Below are positions 1 to 12,801 of a DNA stretch of 64,000 nucleotides, in pieces. The number at the start of each line of letters is the position of its first letter. Within the stretch, counting starts at the first letter, position 1. The stretch is from the human T2T-CHM13v2.0 reference genome, Homo sapiens. The stretch is taken from positions 19,520,001-19,584,000 of the forward strand of contig CP086569.2 in NCBI GenBank assembly GCA_009914755.4, written 5' to 3'. Made by a program: the position numbers and the translations under genes. The notes beneath the pieces are model-generated. The model saw only the letters and a program-made list of their open reading frames with translations. It was not told the origin of the DNA and searched no databases.

Positions 1-904
1 ATACAAATTTCAATTTATCTTCTAACATGTTACCATTACTATTTTAGAATAAGGAAGGTCAAACATTAATTAAGCACATCAGTTTAAACAACTTTCTCCC
101 GTCTCTATTGAGCATGAAACCAAAAGGCAGGATGGTATTTTCGACCGGCCTTCTAGTACAAAAAGCTCTAGAGAATGGATGGTAGAAATTGGACTTCACT
201 GGCTACTCTGAGGCAGACTGAATGTTTTCAATTTGCTCTCCCTCTGAGGACCTTGATTTCCTCAAGTAGAATATGAAGCAATGAGTCAATGACTTCTCTA
301 CTGCTCTGAAAAAAAATAGTCTATAATCTTGTACCTTGGTGGCTATAAAGTTAAAACAAGACATGAGGAAGGACCTTCCAGTTAAGAGAGGTAAAACTCA
401 ACAAACAGGGCCTTTGAATGGCTGCATGCTTTGGCCAATGTAGCCCTGGCATGCAAGAGGCCAGGAAATGACACTGGAGAGCACTTCCTGGCCTCCCAGG
501 ATGATTCCAGAAAAAGTAAATTCCCTTGTTGCTTGCAGGTTGCGTCCCCCTAGTTCAAGAAGGAACCACACAATTTGGTAAATCAGGTAACTTCCTTCAT
601 TCAAAATGAAAACAACAGAATTGAAATTAAGAAAGGAAGAGTATAATTACCTAGAGAATCTCTCATAAATGTCGAACTTGTCTGCATTTCCATGTTACAA
701 CTCTTCTTAGCTTGATGATAATCTGCCAATTTTTTACAACTATTTTTAACTTGATGATATTTTAGCTTGTTGATGATTTAGGTTTATAGAAACCTAAAAA
801 AAAATGCATTCAGGTTTTTTTTTTCCTCAGAGCTTTCAGCCACTGTGCAGTCACTGTATACACAATCTTAGTTATATGAAAATATCATTTTATACATCAT
901 ATAT

Positions 905-1203
905 CGTTCCTTTTTGTAGAGACAGAATCTTGCTCTCTCACGAAGGCTGGAGTGCAGCGGTGTAATCATGGCTCATGAAAGCCTCAAACTGCTGAGCTCA
1001 AGCAATCCTCTCACTTCAGCCTTCCAAGTAGCTGGACTAGAGGCACCTACCACCACCCACCACATAAAGCTAATTTTAGTTTTTATAGAGACAGGGTCTT
1101 TCTATGTTGTGCAGGTTTGTCTCAAACGCATGACCTCAAGTGATGCTACTGCCTGGGCCTCACAAAATGCTGGGATCACAAGCATGAGCCACTGTGTCCA
1201 GTC
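905..1203 (-). mobile_element. Alu element (older, J/S-like), antisense
   Basis: The reverse complement shows a dimeric Alu structure. The sequence ends ...gcatgagccactgtgtccagtc (rc of the GGCCGGGCGCGGTGGCTCA head), with an rc poly-A at the left edge. The same element is present in duplicate copy 2. Confidence 0.85.
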
Positions 1204-1339
1204 ATAGCTTCTAAGAATAAATCTGAGGAAAGGCCAGTCCAAATATGCTACAAAACATGACAGGAATAATCATAAGTATTTATCAATTTAACTATATAAA
1301 AGTTGAATATTTACATATGGTATAAAATTTAAAAATTCA

Positions 1340-1972
1340 CTGCAATAATATGGAGTCATACGAGTTATTAAGAAATCATTTTAAGCAGATAGAGAAAACC
1401 TAGCATTCTTGGAACGTTTTTGTCTCATTTAAAGCAGCTCCAGAAAAGTTTCTTGTCTAGCAGCAAAGCCCTGGCTCTTGGAGTCTGGCAGGCAAAATTT
1501 GATATGCAATTGCCCGCCATTAGAAACTGGGTCCACCAAAACATGGCTTCCTACCCTCTTTCCTTGACTTACCCCCTCATGTGCCTGGCCACATGGCTGC
1601 CCCCACATATCCTCATGTATGCAGAACATCATGGCACCCTGCATCTTCATATTACAAATGTAATGTGGGAGGGCCAGTTTTTTAGGGGCTGTGTGAGTGA
1701 CATTCCTGATCAAACCAATCCCCTGAGCCTATGCAAGTCAGGCACCACCTCCTCCAGTCTCCTCATGTAACTGGCTGGTTTCCTGCCTCACTTGGGGTTT
1801 CCTCTCTCAGCTGTATAGGGAAGCTTCTTCCTACTTTCTTCTTCCTTCTTTCTCGCCTATTAAACTCTCTGCTTCTTAAAACTATTCCAAGTGTGTCTGT
1901 GTTGTTTGACCCAATTAGCAGCATACAAAAGCCCTACTCTTTCTCCACTCATCAGAGCTGAATCATTTTGGT
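1340..1972. repeat. Unclassified interspersed repeat of about 630 bp, LTR-like, copy A of three
   Basis: Homologous to 16092-16760 (about 88% identity) and to 23932-24565 (about 75-80%). Copy C lacks the flanks, so this behaves as a discrete repeat unit. It contains an ATTAAA signal. Confidence 0.6.
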
Positions 1973-3236
1973 GCATTGGCCGGGAATCCAAGGTACAGTC
2001 TTTGTCCGGGTGGTGAGTATGCAAGCAAGATTAAAACCTGTTCTATCATTCTGAGGTTCTCTGAGCTTCTATATTAAAATAAATCCAATAAATCAATGGG
2101 AATCCATCAGCCTAGTACATACAGTTAGCGCTGACTGCCATAAAAAAAACTTGTATGTGAGACTTGCTGGAGAGAACATGCAGAAAAACTACATTACACA
2201 TGGGCATTGAATTTCTGGCCAGGGCACACCCTGGCATAATTCAGAGGCCTATGGTCTGGATGCAGCCTCCAACAGCCCATTCAGGGTGTTTGCAGAGAAT
2301 AATTAACTATCCTTTTGCAAAAGTCTTCTTCTCCATCTCCAGCCTCTCGCTCCTTCTCTGCATGAAATGGGCAGGGATTATTACAGCCTAGGAAAAGAGA
2401 TTTCCCCTTTTCATCTGTGGTGAGATTACTTGCTACCACTTCTCTGGTGAGGACATAGCATTTCTAAGCCAACATTGCCACCTACTGAGAGTGGAAATCC
2501 TCTAAGAAGCACACTTTGTTCCTGTTTTTCCAATACATCTCCAAAGCTTTCTTTTACACTGTTAGCATTAAGTGCCCTCTTCTGAGATGGGCACTTTCTA
2601 CCTTTAGCAATTAGGAGTAAGATGTTTTCTGAAGACCAATTTTAGTCTCTATAGTGTCCCACTGGCAGGAAAATAATCCTCAATTAGGTTTCTATATTCC
2701 TTTAAAGCATCTATTATCTCTCCTATTAAGATAGGATTTAATTAGTAAGAGGACTTTAAGTCCAGAAGTTAATGGGAACCATTTCACTATGGGTGAAAGC
2801 TTTAGTACTGGCCACAATAGCAGAATATAGAGTTCAATCTAGCAGACACATCTCTAAAGGGGTCTTGCCTAATTGCATGGTTTTTCCAGAAATCCATTTT
2901 TTAAGAAAGTCATACAGGCAACACCACTCTAAGAATTAAAAGGGAAATAAAAGACAGAGGAATACACTGCTGTGGACGGCATAAATAAGACATAAAATTT
3001 AGTTTCTCTGGTGCCATGGCTTAAAGTGTCATGACTGCAGTCATGGGTGTCACTTTTAAATGGGAGCTGAAATTCAGGAGCAAAGAAAGAAAAATAGTTA
3101 CAGAATGCCCCCTACAATACTAGTCTCCATTCCGGATCATATACTGAAAAGAAGGAGACTAAAAGGATGTTTTTATCCTTATGTCTCTTTCTAGATTGCT
3201 AACAGATCATCTTTAGCATCCATTCCCTTGGAACAT

Positions 3237-3344
3237 ATATATATATATATATACATACACACACACACACACACACACACACTTTTATATATGTATAAAT
3301 GTGTATATATAGATGTATAAATACATATAAGTATAAATATACAT

Positions 3345-3387
<43 letters not shown>
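3237..3387. repeat. Compound microsatellite (TA)n(CA)n ... (TG)n
   Basis: Tandem dinucleotide runs are visible directly. Confidence 0.95.
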
Positions 3388-3391
3388 CAGA

Positions 3392-3665
3392 ATCTCACTG
3401 TTTCACCCATGCTGGAGTGCATTGGTGAGATCTCAACTCACTGGAAATTCCACCTATTGAGGTCAAGTGATTCTTCTGCCTCAGCCTCATGAGAAGCTGG
3501 AACTACTGGCGCACACCACCACACCTGGCTAGTTTTAGTATTTTTAGTAGAGATGCAGTTTCACCATGTTGCTCAGTCTAGTCTCAAACTCCTGACCTCA
3601 AAATCTGCCCACCACAGCCTCCCAAAGTGCTGGGATTACGGGCGTGAACCACTGTACCTGGCTGG
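3392..3665 (-). mobile_element. Alu element, antisense
   Basis: rc Alu sequence ...cctcccaaagtgctgggattacgggcgtgaaccactgtacctggctgg. The same insertion is present in copy 2 at 18160-18435. Confidence 0.85.
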
Positions 3666-6600
3666 GAGTATTTTAAAGCAACTGGACTCATTCAGCCCTG
3701 AAACTTTGAAGGAAAATTTCTTATTTACTTTTGCACAATGGAATGGCCTTCTTACTACACCTTTGTAAGTGTTGCAAAATAACCAAGTCCATTTAGCGAT
3801 CATATCAGGCAAGCCCAAAGAGAAAAATTTCTCAAAATTAGAGAAGCAAGTTTCAGGGGAACCATCTGAGTATTCCCTTATTTGGGGCCCCTTCAAGTTT
3901 TCTTCTCATTGGAGGAAATTTGGAAAGTAAAGGGAGGCTTACGCCAAATTTCTGATGATCCTGATAGGCATATAGAAGCTTTCCAAAATTTAACTTAGGT
4001 ATTTGACCTCTTATGAAGGAATGTTTTTATCCTCCTAAGCTAAACCTTAACTTCAGCTAAAAGAGGCAGCTGTGCAAGCAAAAGAAAATTGTGGAAATGA
4101 GCAATATGTCTTCTATAGTAGGTGAAAAGGGAAAAGAGCAACTAGGGTAGGCAAATAAATAGGGGAAGTACTATTCCAAATAGGAAAAGGGGCAATACCT
4201 CTTGAAAAGCTTAACTGGAACTCCTTTCTATAGTGTTTTTCATTTTTTGTGTGTGTGATTTAAAATGGCATCTGTCTCTTTCATAATGTTTGTCCAACTT
4301 GGGAAAAGTTAATTTTCCAAACCTTAAAATGCTTGGCTGACAGTTGAGCTAGAAGAAAGGAAACTTAGAAGCCTGATATGCTGGCAAAAGGGAAAAATTT
4401 CTTACCCATTTGGCTTTTGGCTTCTCTCTCACTGAGCAAACTGGTAACAAAGAAAAAAGAGTATTATTGTTTATATTCTAGGTAAATTTATAAATAACAA
4501 AAAAAGATTTGTGAGTTTGGTCTTAAGTTGTAGACAATTTGTGTGCTTTGCGTGTCCTTCTGTACGGTTCTATCAATAAAAGGGTATCTTAAGTGGGGTG
4601 AAGGCCCAGGACCCCATGAGCCTGCTGTTCAAGCCAGACCAACTTAATGGCCAGTAACAAACTGGGCTACAGTCCTACATCTTGTTCCATGTCCTCGGGA
4701 ACATAACCTGTAACCATGTGGCAATACTTTGTTTTAGTCTCTGCCATTTTAGAAAGGTGGTTTTTTCTTCCCATAAGTCAGTTCATAGAAGAGGGCCACA
4801 AAATCTGATAAGCCAGTTTTTCAATCCGGGTGGTCCCAGCCGATCTGTCAAACACAGGGTTTACAAAATATCTCAAGCACTGATGTTGAAAGCAGTTTAG
4901 GGAAGGTCAAAATCTTGTAGCCTCTGCCTCCCTGACACCTAAGCCATGGTCCCTAACCTTGTGGCTAGCTTATTGTTCTGGTTTCCAGGCAAGAGGAAAG
5001 TATATCTTGGGAAGCAGCTGTTATCCTCTTTGTTTTAGACTACAGACGGTATACAAGGCTCCTCCTAAAGTTGGCTCAGCCTAACCCAAAGATGGGCAAA
5101 GACAGCTTGAGGGTGGGAAGTGAAATAGATTTGTTTAGGTCAACTCTCTTTCACTGTCTCCCTCACAGTTTTGCAATGAAAGATTCAAAAGCTATCATTC
5201 CTCTGAAAATACCTTGGACACTTGCGGTTAAGTCATAGCCTAGATTGGTTTTATCTGTGAGGTTACATTTTCTAAAGTTCGAAAACCAAAAATCTTAACT
5301 ACTTGACATGGCTAAAGTTAAGTAATAAGAAATTTTTTAAGAATTTTCTTAAAAATGTTCAGCTTAATTAAAAGTAGATATTCAAGTTATTGATACATTT
5401 AAAATTTTTTTCTGAAAAAAATGGTCTTTTCTTCTCAGTAGACTGAATTATTTTTCCCCATTTTTTGTCTTCACCCTCTTAATGCACGCCTGAGAGGCCC
5501 TAACGTAACTTCTGATAGCACGGGACTCCTGGGGAAAAACAGAGTAGGTGCCAAATTCTCCATATGAGAAAACACACACGCAAACAAAACAAAACCAAAC
5601 ACACATGTTTTGCTCATGAAACCCCCCAAATTGAAAGCAGATGTTTCCCTCCCAATACCAAAGGCTCCGTACTGTTATGCATTGTGTTATTTACCTTTGT
5701 GAGTATTGAGGATATCAAGTTCCTTCACATTATGAGACCTCTTTGGTGTGTAATAACTAGGTAGAAAATGCCCTGTATGAAATGGCTAATAGTAGTTATA
5801 AATCAGAGAAGCATGCTCTTGTCTACCTAAAACATAGAGAAACATCCTCACCCCCGCTCCCTCCACTAAGAAACAAGACTCCCAAAGGGGATGGATTAAT
5901 TGCCTTCTGCTGTGTCTGCTTATTACTCCCTAAAAACTGCAAATTAATGATCCTATTCCTCCAAGGGCTACAACCTGAAGCCAGTAATCCAGTTAAGAAA
6001 CTGGCACATAAAAAAAATCTCTGAATTTTCCGTTTGTGTCGCTATATATGTGGTGTGTGTAATGCCTATAAAAGCAAACTCTAATTAATTGTCTTAAAGA
6101 GAAGTAAGCACTTGAATATGTTTTAGTTCACGTGAGTTTAAGTAATATAGTCTTGAGAATTACTGGTAAGATGCAAGTGTTGTCAAAATGAAAATAGGTC
6201 ATTTAAATGATTCAATTTAGACACCAGATTTGCTAAATGTTCCAAGGTTGTTTCTCACCTGCTTTACAGGTTGGTAAAACCTGGGATACATGGAGTGAGA
6301 GGCTGAAACCTCACACTTTATCTGCACTTCTGTCTGAGTTCTAGGATCCACACCATGTATGTAAGTAAAATGGCCTATTAACCAGGGTGTTCATCAAAAA
6401 TGAAAGTTGCTAAATGTTCACAGTGAACATTAACTAAACTCAAAAGGTTATTGTATGGTCTTTTTTATAACCTTAGCATTGAAATAAAGGAATACCAATG
6501 AGATCTTAAGAAACGAATCTGCCATTTAGTAAAAGAGTTTTGAAAGGTTTGTAAATATTTCACCTCATGGTCAAATTGGTTGAGGTTAAATGAAAGGATC

Positions 6601-7124
6601 TATAAGATTTAATTTAAGCAAATTGAGGTTAACATTAACAAACTGATGAAAGGGTAAAATTTGGCTTTGAGCAGGATGTCATACTCAAATGACAAGTCAC
6701 ATCATAATAAACACTAATAAATGATTTTTACCCTTTGAGCCATCATTTTGGCAAAACAAGTAATTTGTGGAAATCTGGATTCCTATATAAAACCGAGTGT
6801 ACTAAACCTCTAACATTTAACAGGCATCCTAAAACCATAATTCAAGTTGCAAAATTGTCCTTCCTAATGCCTGGCTTTCTGGGTGGTGAGAGGACTTCTG
6901 AAACATTAAGAAAAGACATATACAGGGCTTGTTTAGTCACATGGTATTGCCAAAATGATGTCCAATTTCCTTTAAGTTAAATTTTAGTGAATAATAGTAA
7001 CAGATGTTCCAAAATTGTGTTGGATTTCTAAAATTCTAACGTCTAAGTGTACACTATGCACCATAATTAAGGGTAAATTTGTCGTAAACTATGGAAACAA
7101 GAAATTTCTAATTTCTTCCCATAC

Positions 7125-7270
7125 TTTCTTTTTGCTTTATGTTATTTTTATTTTTTACTATCTCAGGAGCTTTACAAAACTTTACCTGCAAATTGATCAC
7201 AAAAACTTAAAAATTTTAACTATTACGCTATAAGAAGAGCAACAAATACTCTCTTCACATCCAGTACATC
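7125..7270 (-). repeat. Direct repeat of about 150 bp (copy A) that holds a partial duplicate of the 5' part of an OFD1-like exon plus its acceptor
   Basis: About 85% identical to 8633-8775. The rc reads tttgcag|GTAAAGTTTTGTAAAGCTCCTGAGATAGTAAAAAATAAAAATAACATAAAGCAAAAAGAAAGTATGGG, which resembles the OFD1 stretch [17 protein letters not shown]. Confidence 0.6.
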
Positions 7271-8522
7271 ATTTTTACAGCTGGAGCAAGGCCAATTCCC
7301 AGGAATGTTATATAAATTTGCAGAGGGTGTGCCCTTAGCATTAAACAACTGGGTATCATTGAGAAGCCCCAAGCAAGACTTGACGCTAGGGTAAAGCCTT
7401 GCTACTTTTAACATCTGGCAGCTGCAGTTTGCGATGCAGGCCAAAAATACTGCTGTAAATCCAGTGTGGTCTAAGACATGCCCTCAGAAACAGAATATGC
7501 TTTCTTAAGAAAAAAGAGATTCACTCCCACTTGCCAACATAGAATCCCTGCCACTGCTCATCCTCACCCTCTCTTGTCCGTTTACTCCCGGGATGACCAG
7601 CTCAAAAGACCACATGGATGACATTTGCAGCCCTGATGACTCCTTTACCCCAGAGACCTTGAACTCTCCTCATTTCCATGGCTCCATCCAATGACAGCAC
7701 AGTGCATTTTTGTTTCCAGTTTCCACCTGAAACCTAATCCTGCAATTCTCTACTCTTGGACAATTGTTATAATTCCACCTGCCAGTCTCTTTGGATCTAG
7801 TCTTTGATCCCTGAGACGGCTACTTAACACTCACATTCCTCCTGGTGTAGCAGTCACTTGCCCTCTCCTCTGCTTCCCTTCACTATGCAAGATAAGCCCA
7901 GAATCTGCAGTTAAATGGGCTGCCATTCTCACATCAAATAAGTTAGGCTCTGCAAAGCTCCAGTCCTTCAACATCTCCATCTTTTCAACCTCACGGAAAA
8001 GTGCAGAAGAGACAGATGCTTACAATTCCTCCCCAGACCTGCCAAAAAATAAAAATAAAAAATAAACTCACCTACAAGCACATGGTTTGGTCTCATTTAA
8101 TTTCAGCCTCCCCCAACTACAGCTGGGCCCTCAATACAAGTGATCAGTCCTGTCTGCTTTAAACAGCTGTTCTTCTGTTACTCCCATGAGCTACTCTGCA
8201 CCTCTAAGCTGCTCCTAAAACCCATGATCTAATGCTCTAATCTGCCTGAGAAGATGGGAGCTTATTTAGGGTGTGTTTCTCTTAATCCCAACTTGACTGT
8301 TCACCTCTGACACTCTTCCTTTTCCACTTGTCCCAGAGGAAGCAAATCTGTGTATATATTTCAAGGGCCACCCTTCTTTTTCTTTGCACTCTTTACCACA
8401 ATTCCTATTGCTCTCCTGGGACCTTGTCATCCCAATTGTGTGATCTCTTTCCTGGATCTTGAACCAACCTGCTAATAGCTGCAGGAAATAGTTACACAGT
8501 AAAATATTTGTAAATACCACTT

Positions 8523-8704
8523 CTTGATGCTTTTGAATTCTCTCAAGGATACTCTTTTCCCAAAAAATGATGGCTTCAGGCTCCGACTGACAAGCCTTCT
8601 CAAAATCTTTCCTGAACACAGTTAATTTTTCCCATACTTTCCTTTTGCTTTATTTTAATTTTTGCTATCTCAGCAGCTTAACAGAAGTTTATCTGCAAAT
8701 TGAT
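8523..8704 (-). pseudogene. OFD1: OFD1-like exon (pseudogene fragment), homologous to the OFD1 region [58 protein letters not shown]
   Basis: The minus-strand translation reads INFC*AAEIAKIKIKQKESMGKINCVQERF* with a 1-bp shift, then KDFEKACQSEPEAIIFWEKSILERIQKHQE, followed by GT. There are in-frame stops and a frameshift. The acceptor is tttgcag. Confidence 0.8.
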
Positions 8705-8775
8705 CACAAAAAAATTAAAAATTTTAACTATTATACTCTAAGAAGAGTAACAAATATTGTCTTCACATCCAGGCT
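8633..8775 (-). repeat. Direct repeat of about 150 bp (copy B). It overlaps the 5' part of the OFD1-like exon at 8523-8704 and its intron/acceptor
   Basis: Aligns to 7125-7270. Confidence 0.6.
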
Positions 8776-8980
8776 CAACATTAATGCTCTGTCCAAATAT
8801 ATTACATTTAGTTCATCTTTAGTTTTATCTCACTCACTATATTTGTAGGATTCACTCAAAAGGCATAAACAAATGTCAACAGAAATAAAAGTAATGTGCA
8901 CAATAGTGGAGTATCCCATTCTTTATTAAAATTCCTAGTTTTTTTTTTTTTCTATACCTTAGATTAAGACTTTAGAAGGC

Positions 8981-9567
8981 TGTTGAGACAACCAGCCCCA
9001 CACCACCTAGCACGTACCCTGAGTCTGGTGGAGACAAAGGGTTAGAAAGAGATAGAATCAGTATTTAAAAGGCTGTTCCAGAGGACCAAAGCATCGGAGG
9101 CTTGCTCACCGTTCAGAGTTCCTGGGCTCCACCCAATTTGTTGGTTTACAAGCATTTTGATCTTAGGACAGATGGGAGCAGAAGGAAGGGATGAGGAAAA
9201 GGATTAATCAGTGTAGAGGAACTCGTGAGTCTTTCAATAAGCTACATAGTAGTGGCAGTTTCTGTGAATTTCCTTGAGCCAAAGGCATGTGTCTAAACTA
9301 CTTAAGATCTTTAACTTATCAGAACTGAAATGGGTGAGAGCAGCTTTCAGGAGGAGCCAAGATGTTTGATTATACTCCACCGCTTCAAGGGAGTGTTATC
9401 TCCCTGAGCAACCTGAGGAATGCCGCTGAGTGCTTATGCTCTGGGGGCATAAAGACATGGAGGCAATAAGGAGACTTTTCTCCTCAGCAGCCACCCATGG
9501 CTCCCCATGGATGTCTCACATAGGGGAGAACAACTCAACTGGCACCACAGAAACTCTCCTTTCCACA
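8981..9567 (-). repeat. Provirus 1 3' LTR
   Basis: rc starts TGTGGAAAGGAGAGTTTCTGTGGTGCC and ends ...ggtt..ca. It is homologous to 12820-13423 and to provirus 2 LTRs. The adjacent PPT is gacaaaaaagagagaca (rc of 9568-9584). Confidence 0.85.
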
Positions 9568-11290
9568 TGTCTCTCTTTTTTGTCTTTATTAATTTTTTGA
9601 TTAATAACTGCCATTGCTATCATGGCTGGTGTCTGGCCTCTCACCCAAGGGGCTGTCTGCATCTGTTGACTAAAAACAAATAGCATAAGCAGACACAAAC
9701 CAAAATAAAATTTGCAATTGTTGATCCACCTATGGTTTTAATCTACTTTAAAGGAATGGTATTAGAAAAGCCATCAGTGGCTCCAGCAAGAATATCAGCT
9801 CCAGGCAACAGGATAAGATGAGCCTGAGATGACTCAAAAACTTGTTTTTTCAGTTTGGCAATATCTAGTGTTAAACTATGTTCTTTTCCTTGTGGGTGAT
9901 GTCTAATCATCTCTCAATGATGTTCAGTGACATTATAGGGCTAGGAGAAACACAAAAATCCAAAGTATTCCAATCACATTGCATTTGACTTCTACACTCC
10001 AAGCCAGTAGTCCAATCCCCCATCCAAATTACTGTCTGACAGAGATCATTAATTTGATTTGCCAATTTTTGATCTACTTGGCTTTGGGAATTCCAAAGCT
10101 TAGAAGAATTTTTCTGCCAACTATCCACAAAGCCCGCAGTTTGAATAGAAGAGTGCAAAGCAGCAACAGTGCAGAAGCAGTAGCTGTGACAGCTATAAGG
10201 CCCATGACCACAGCTATTAAAGTAAATATGAATCTCTTTGATCTATTAAATATTCCTTTTAGTACTTCAGTGATAATATGTATGGAGGGAGAGTCCTCCC
10301 AAGGTCTATTGAGGGAAACAAGTATCTGAATTCCTTCTCAGGCCCTAACCAGTAAAAATGCTATTATCTTTATTAAAGGTAGAATTAATGCAGGTAAAAA
10401 GGTGACAGTTAAGGCAGGGTATGGTTTCGGAGTCAGGTAGGAAATTAATTTTCCCGGCTGCCAACATAAAAGGAGGTTTAACAAAACTCTGCAATGGGAC
10501 CGTCTGATTAGAGGTCATGGCTACAGCAAATGAAAGTTTTTTACTATGAGTCTCTGTTTTATATTCTCCTATCCAAATCCAAACTGGGGTTTGAGCCATC
10601 ATTAATTTCCACAGTTCTGGATGTTCTGGTCTCATAACTGGATCGATCATTTTTGGGCTTGGAGGAGCCATACCATTCTCCTCCCACTTAATAGGGTAAT
10701 TTGTTTCAATTCTTCTACATAATTTTGGTGCATTATCTGGGTAGTCATTTGCAGGAGTCCCTCTACAATCTTTGCGCTGGCCAGTAAAATTTACTGCAAA
10801 GTGTCCCCTAGGGACCCAATCAATGGCGATGTTATAGGAATTATTTTACAGTAGCGCAGCACTGTTTGCAATACAATCTTCCCAAGTTAGCACCTCTAAC
10901 TTTTCAGGCCATTTAGTGGCCTGCCTAGGGCAGGGATTCATATTAGGTTTAAATTCAGTAATCTGGCAACGTGTCATAACATAGCCGTGCTCAAGTATTT
11001 AATAGTGTCCAAAGATTAAAATGTTGCTTCATTGATTGCATGAATAGAGGCTTTTGATGCATTTTGTGTAGGGACATTTATGTCCCACTTTATCATAATT
11101 TAAACATCCTGCTGCCAGCCCCAGGCAGATGGGAGGAAAGCGATAATCAATGGAAACATTCACCAACATTCCCGCCTGCTCTAGATGAGTAGGACCTTGC
11201 TTATCTGTTGGTCCATCCACCAGGAGGGTCTAACCACGCAACAGGCCTAATCAGTAGTGGGAATGGAATGTAGACCCAGTAAGTGTAATT
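9516..11290 (-). pseudogene. env: Provirus 1 env remnant: SU N-terminal part, SU C-terminal part, and TM including the fusion-peptide region and membrane anchor
   Basis: ORFs on the minus strand match HERV-K Env, with frameshifts between them. 11029-11220 reads ...[23 protein letters not shown]. 10345-10671 reads ...PEHPELWKLMMAQTP...[43 protein letters not shown]. 9907-10158 reads ...[35 protein letters not shown]...CDWNTLDFC. Confidence 0.85.
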
Positions 11291-12666
11291 TTGATCTGCC
11301 TCTCCCTTACTAAGTCTAATTGCTGCCTGACATTCTGTATTAGCATTTTCATAAGCAAGCAGCTGAATAATCACTTTCCTGGCATGAGAATCTGAAACAG
11401 TCTTTTGAGCCGCGTCTTGGAAACAGGCGATAAAATCTGGATAAGTCTCCCTTGGACACTGTTGAAATGAGTTAAAAGAAGGATAAGTAGTACCAGGGTC
11501 ATGAATGTTTTCCCAGGTTCTTAGGCATAGAGTTCTGAACTGACCAACAGCCTCATCACCCATTACCATGGGTTCATTTACAGTACCCCATGCCTGTCCG
11601 ATTCCAAGCAATTGATCAGATGTGATATCAATGGCAGGTTGAGCTTGAGCATTTCTGTGTGCCGTATTTGTTGCTTCATCCATCCACCAGGGTTTAAATT
11701 GGAGAGATTCCATAGGTTAAATGCCAGTTATAAGCCACAGATTGTAACAAGGAATGAACATAAGGAAAATTTGGCCCCTATTTTCCAATTGCTTGCTTTA
11801 AGTCTTCTAATATTTTAAAAGTAAATGGCTCCCAGAGTGCCTCAGGATGTTCTCCAGGCTCCTCAGCAGGAAAAATAATTACTGGATACGGCCAAGCATC
11901 CAAATCCCCCATTTCTCGTGCCTGGCGAGTAGATGCCTTGATTGTCTCTGTGCCATAATTTGTATTTGGGCTGGATGAAAGCATTCCTTTACCACAATTA
12001 ACAGGTGGACAAGCCTGGATCATTCCCTCACTGTAACTGGCTGTTGGGTTAGCCTGAAGCTTCCTTTTGCCATAGTTAATGGCTGGGTGTGCAACAATGG
12101 GAGCGGCAAGCCAAGTCACAGGCTCCTTTAACAACAATTCATAAGGCTAAGGCGGAGCTGGCCGTTCCAGACGTTCCCATAAAGGCGCAGTAGTTGGCAC
12201 TGTTTCTGCTGTAGGTGGAACTCTTTCTTTCATAAGTTTTTTGGGGGTTAGCATATAGAGCTTCTGGTTTCTTCCCCTTATTTAAAACTAGACTGTGATG
12301 GTTCACTTTGCTGATCGTCAGACTCATGGTTATTAAACTTTTCTATGTCACCCTGAAACTCCTCCTCATCCTCTGGGTGGAAGGGCTCCAGTGCAGTTTT
12401 AATTGCTGACCACACAGACCAAGCAGAGAAGGGAATATCATGGCCCTCTTGCTGTGCTTGTTTTAAGTCTCATCCAACTTTATCCCAATCTTCTACATTC
12501 ATGGTTCCATATTCCAGGAACCAAGGAGAAAACTTTTCTAGGTTATGGAACAAAGAAGTGAGATTTTGGGTACTCACAATTATCCCTCTGAGGCACAATA
12601 ACTGCTGCAGCAGGCTAAATAATTGGCAAACTTACTTTCAGTCTGACCTATATTTTCTTGAGGTTA
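11291..12666 (-). pseudogene. gag: Provirus 1 gag remnant (MA-p15-CA). The start codon has mutated from ATG to ATA
   Basis: Minus ORFs read ...GEHPEALWEPFTFKILEDLKQAIGK and ...FKPWWMDEATNTAHRNAQAQPAIDITSDQLLGIGQAWGTVNEP...PDFIACFQDAAQKTVSDSHARKVIIQLLAYENANTECQAAIRLSKGEADQ. Both match HERV-K Gag. rc at about 12664 reads aaaatATAGGTCAGACTGAAAGTAAGTTTGCCAATTA, against ATGGGTCAGGCTGAGACTAAGTTTGCTAATTA in provirus 2. Confidence 0.85.
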
Positions 12667-12801
12667 CCCTGGAATTCTCTGAGTGCCCTACTTACCCACG
12701 GAGCTTGAAGTGAAAATGTACTCGGGCCTCCTTCATCAGGCGTCCTCCACTTTCCACTCTCTGTCATTTCTTTACCAGATTATTTGTAGAGATTACTTGG
12801 A

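Larger units (their letters stand above)
1..7110. repeat. Segmental duplication, copy 1. It is a direct repeat of 14767-22190 and may extend upstream of the window
   Basis: Direct alignment by eye. 1-600 matches 14767-15390, 1420-1530 matches 16170-16280, 3200 matches 17981, 4230 matches 19000 and 6735 matches 21871. Identity is roughly 88-90% with scattered indels. Shared old Alus sit at the same relative positions. Confidence 0.85.

Noticed and set aside
398-604. 68-aa minus ORF (MNEGSYLIYQ...) conserved with 15149-15382 (77 aa)
   Set aside because: The similarity is explained by the segmental duplication, and substitutions are not biased toward synonymous sites. There is no recognisable domain
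1972-2000. tRNA-Phe-like PBS after the LTR-like repeat
   Set aside because: Only about 14/20 positions match the Phe tRNA 3' end. Kept as a hypothesis in findings but not annotated as a feature
9979-10329. 116-aa plus-strand ORF (…[24 protein letters not shown]…) and its twin at 57522-57743 (-)
   Set aside because: These are antisense-frame artefacts of the env fusion-peptide region (GCN/alanine-rich codons read in reverse), not genes. They are useful only as evidence that the two proviruses are in inverted orientation
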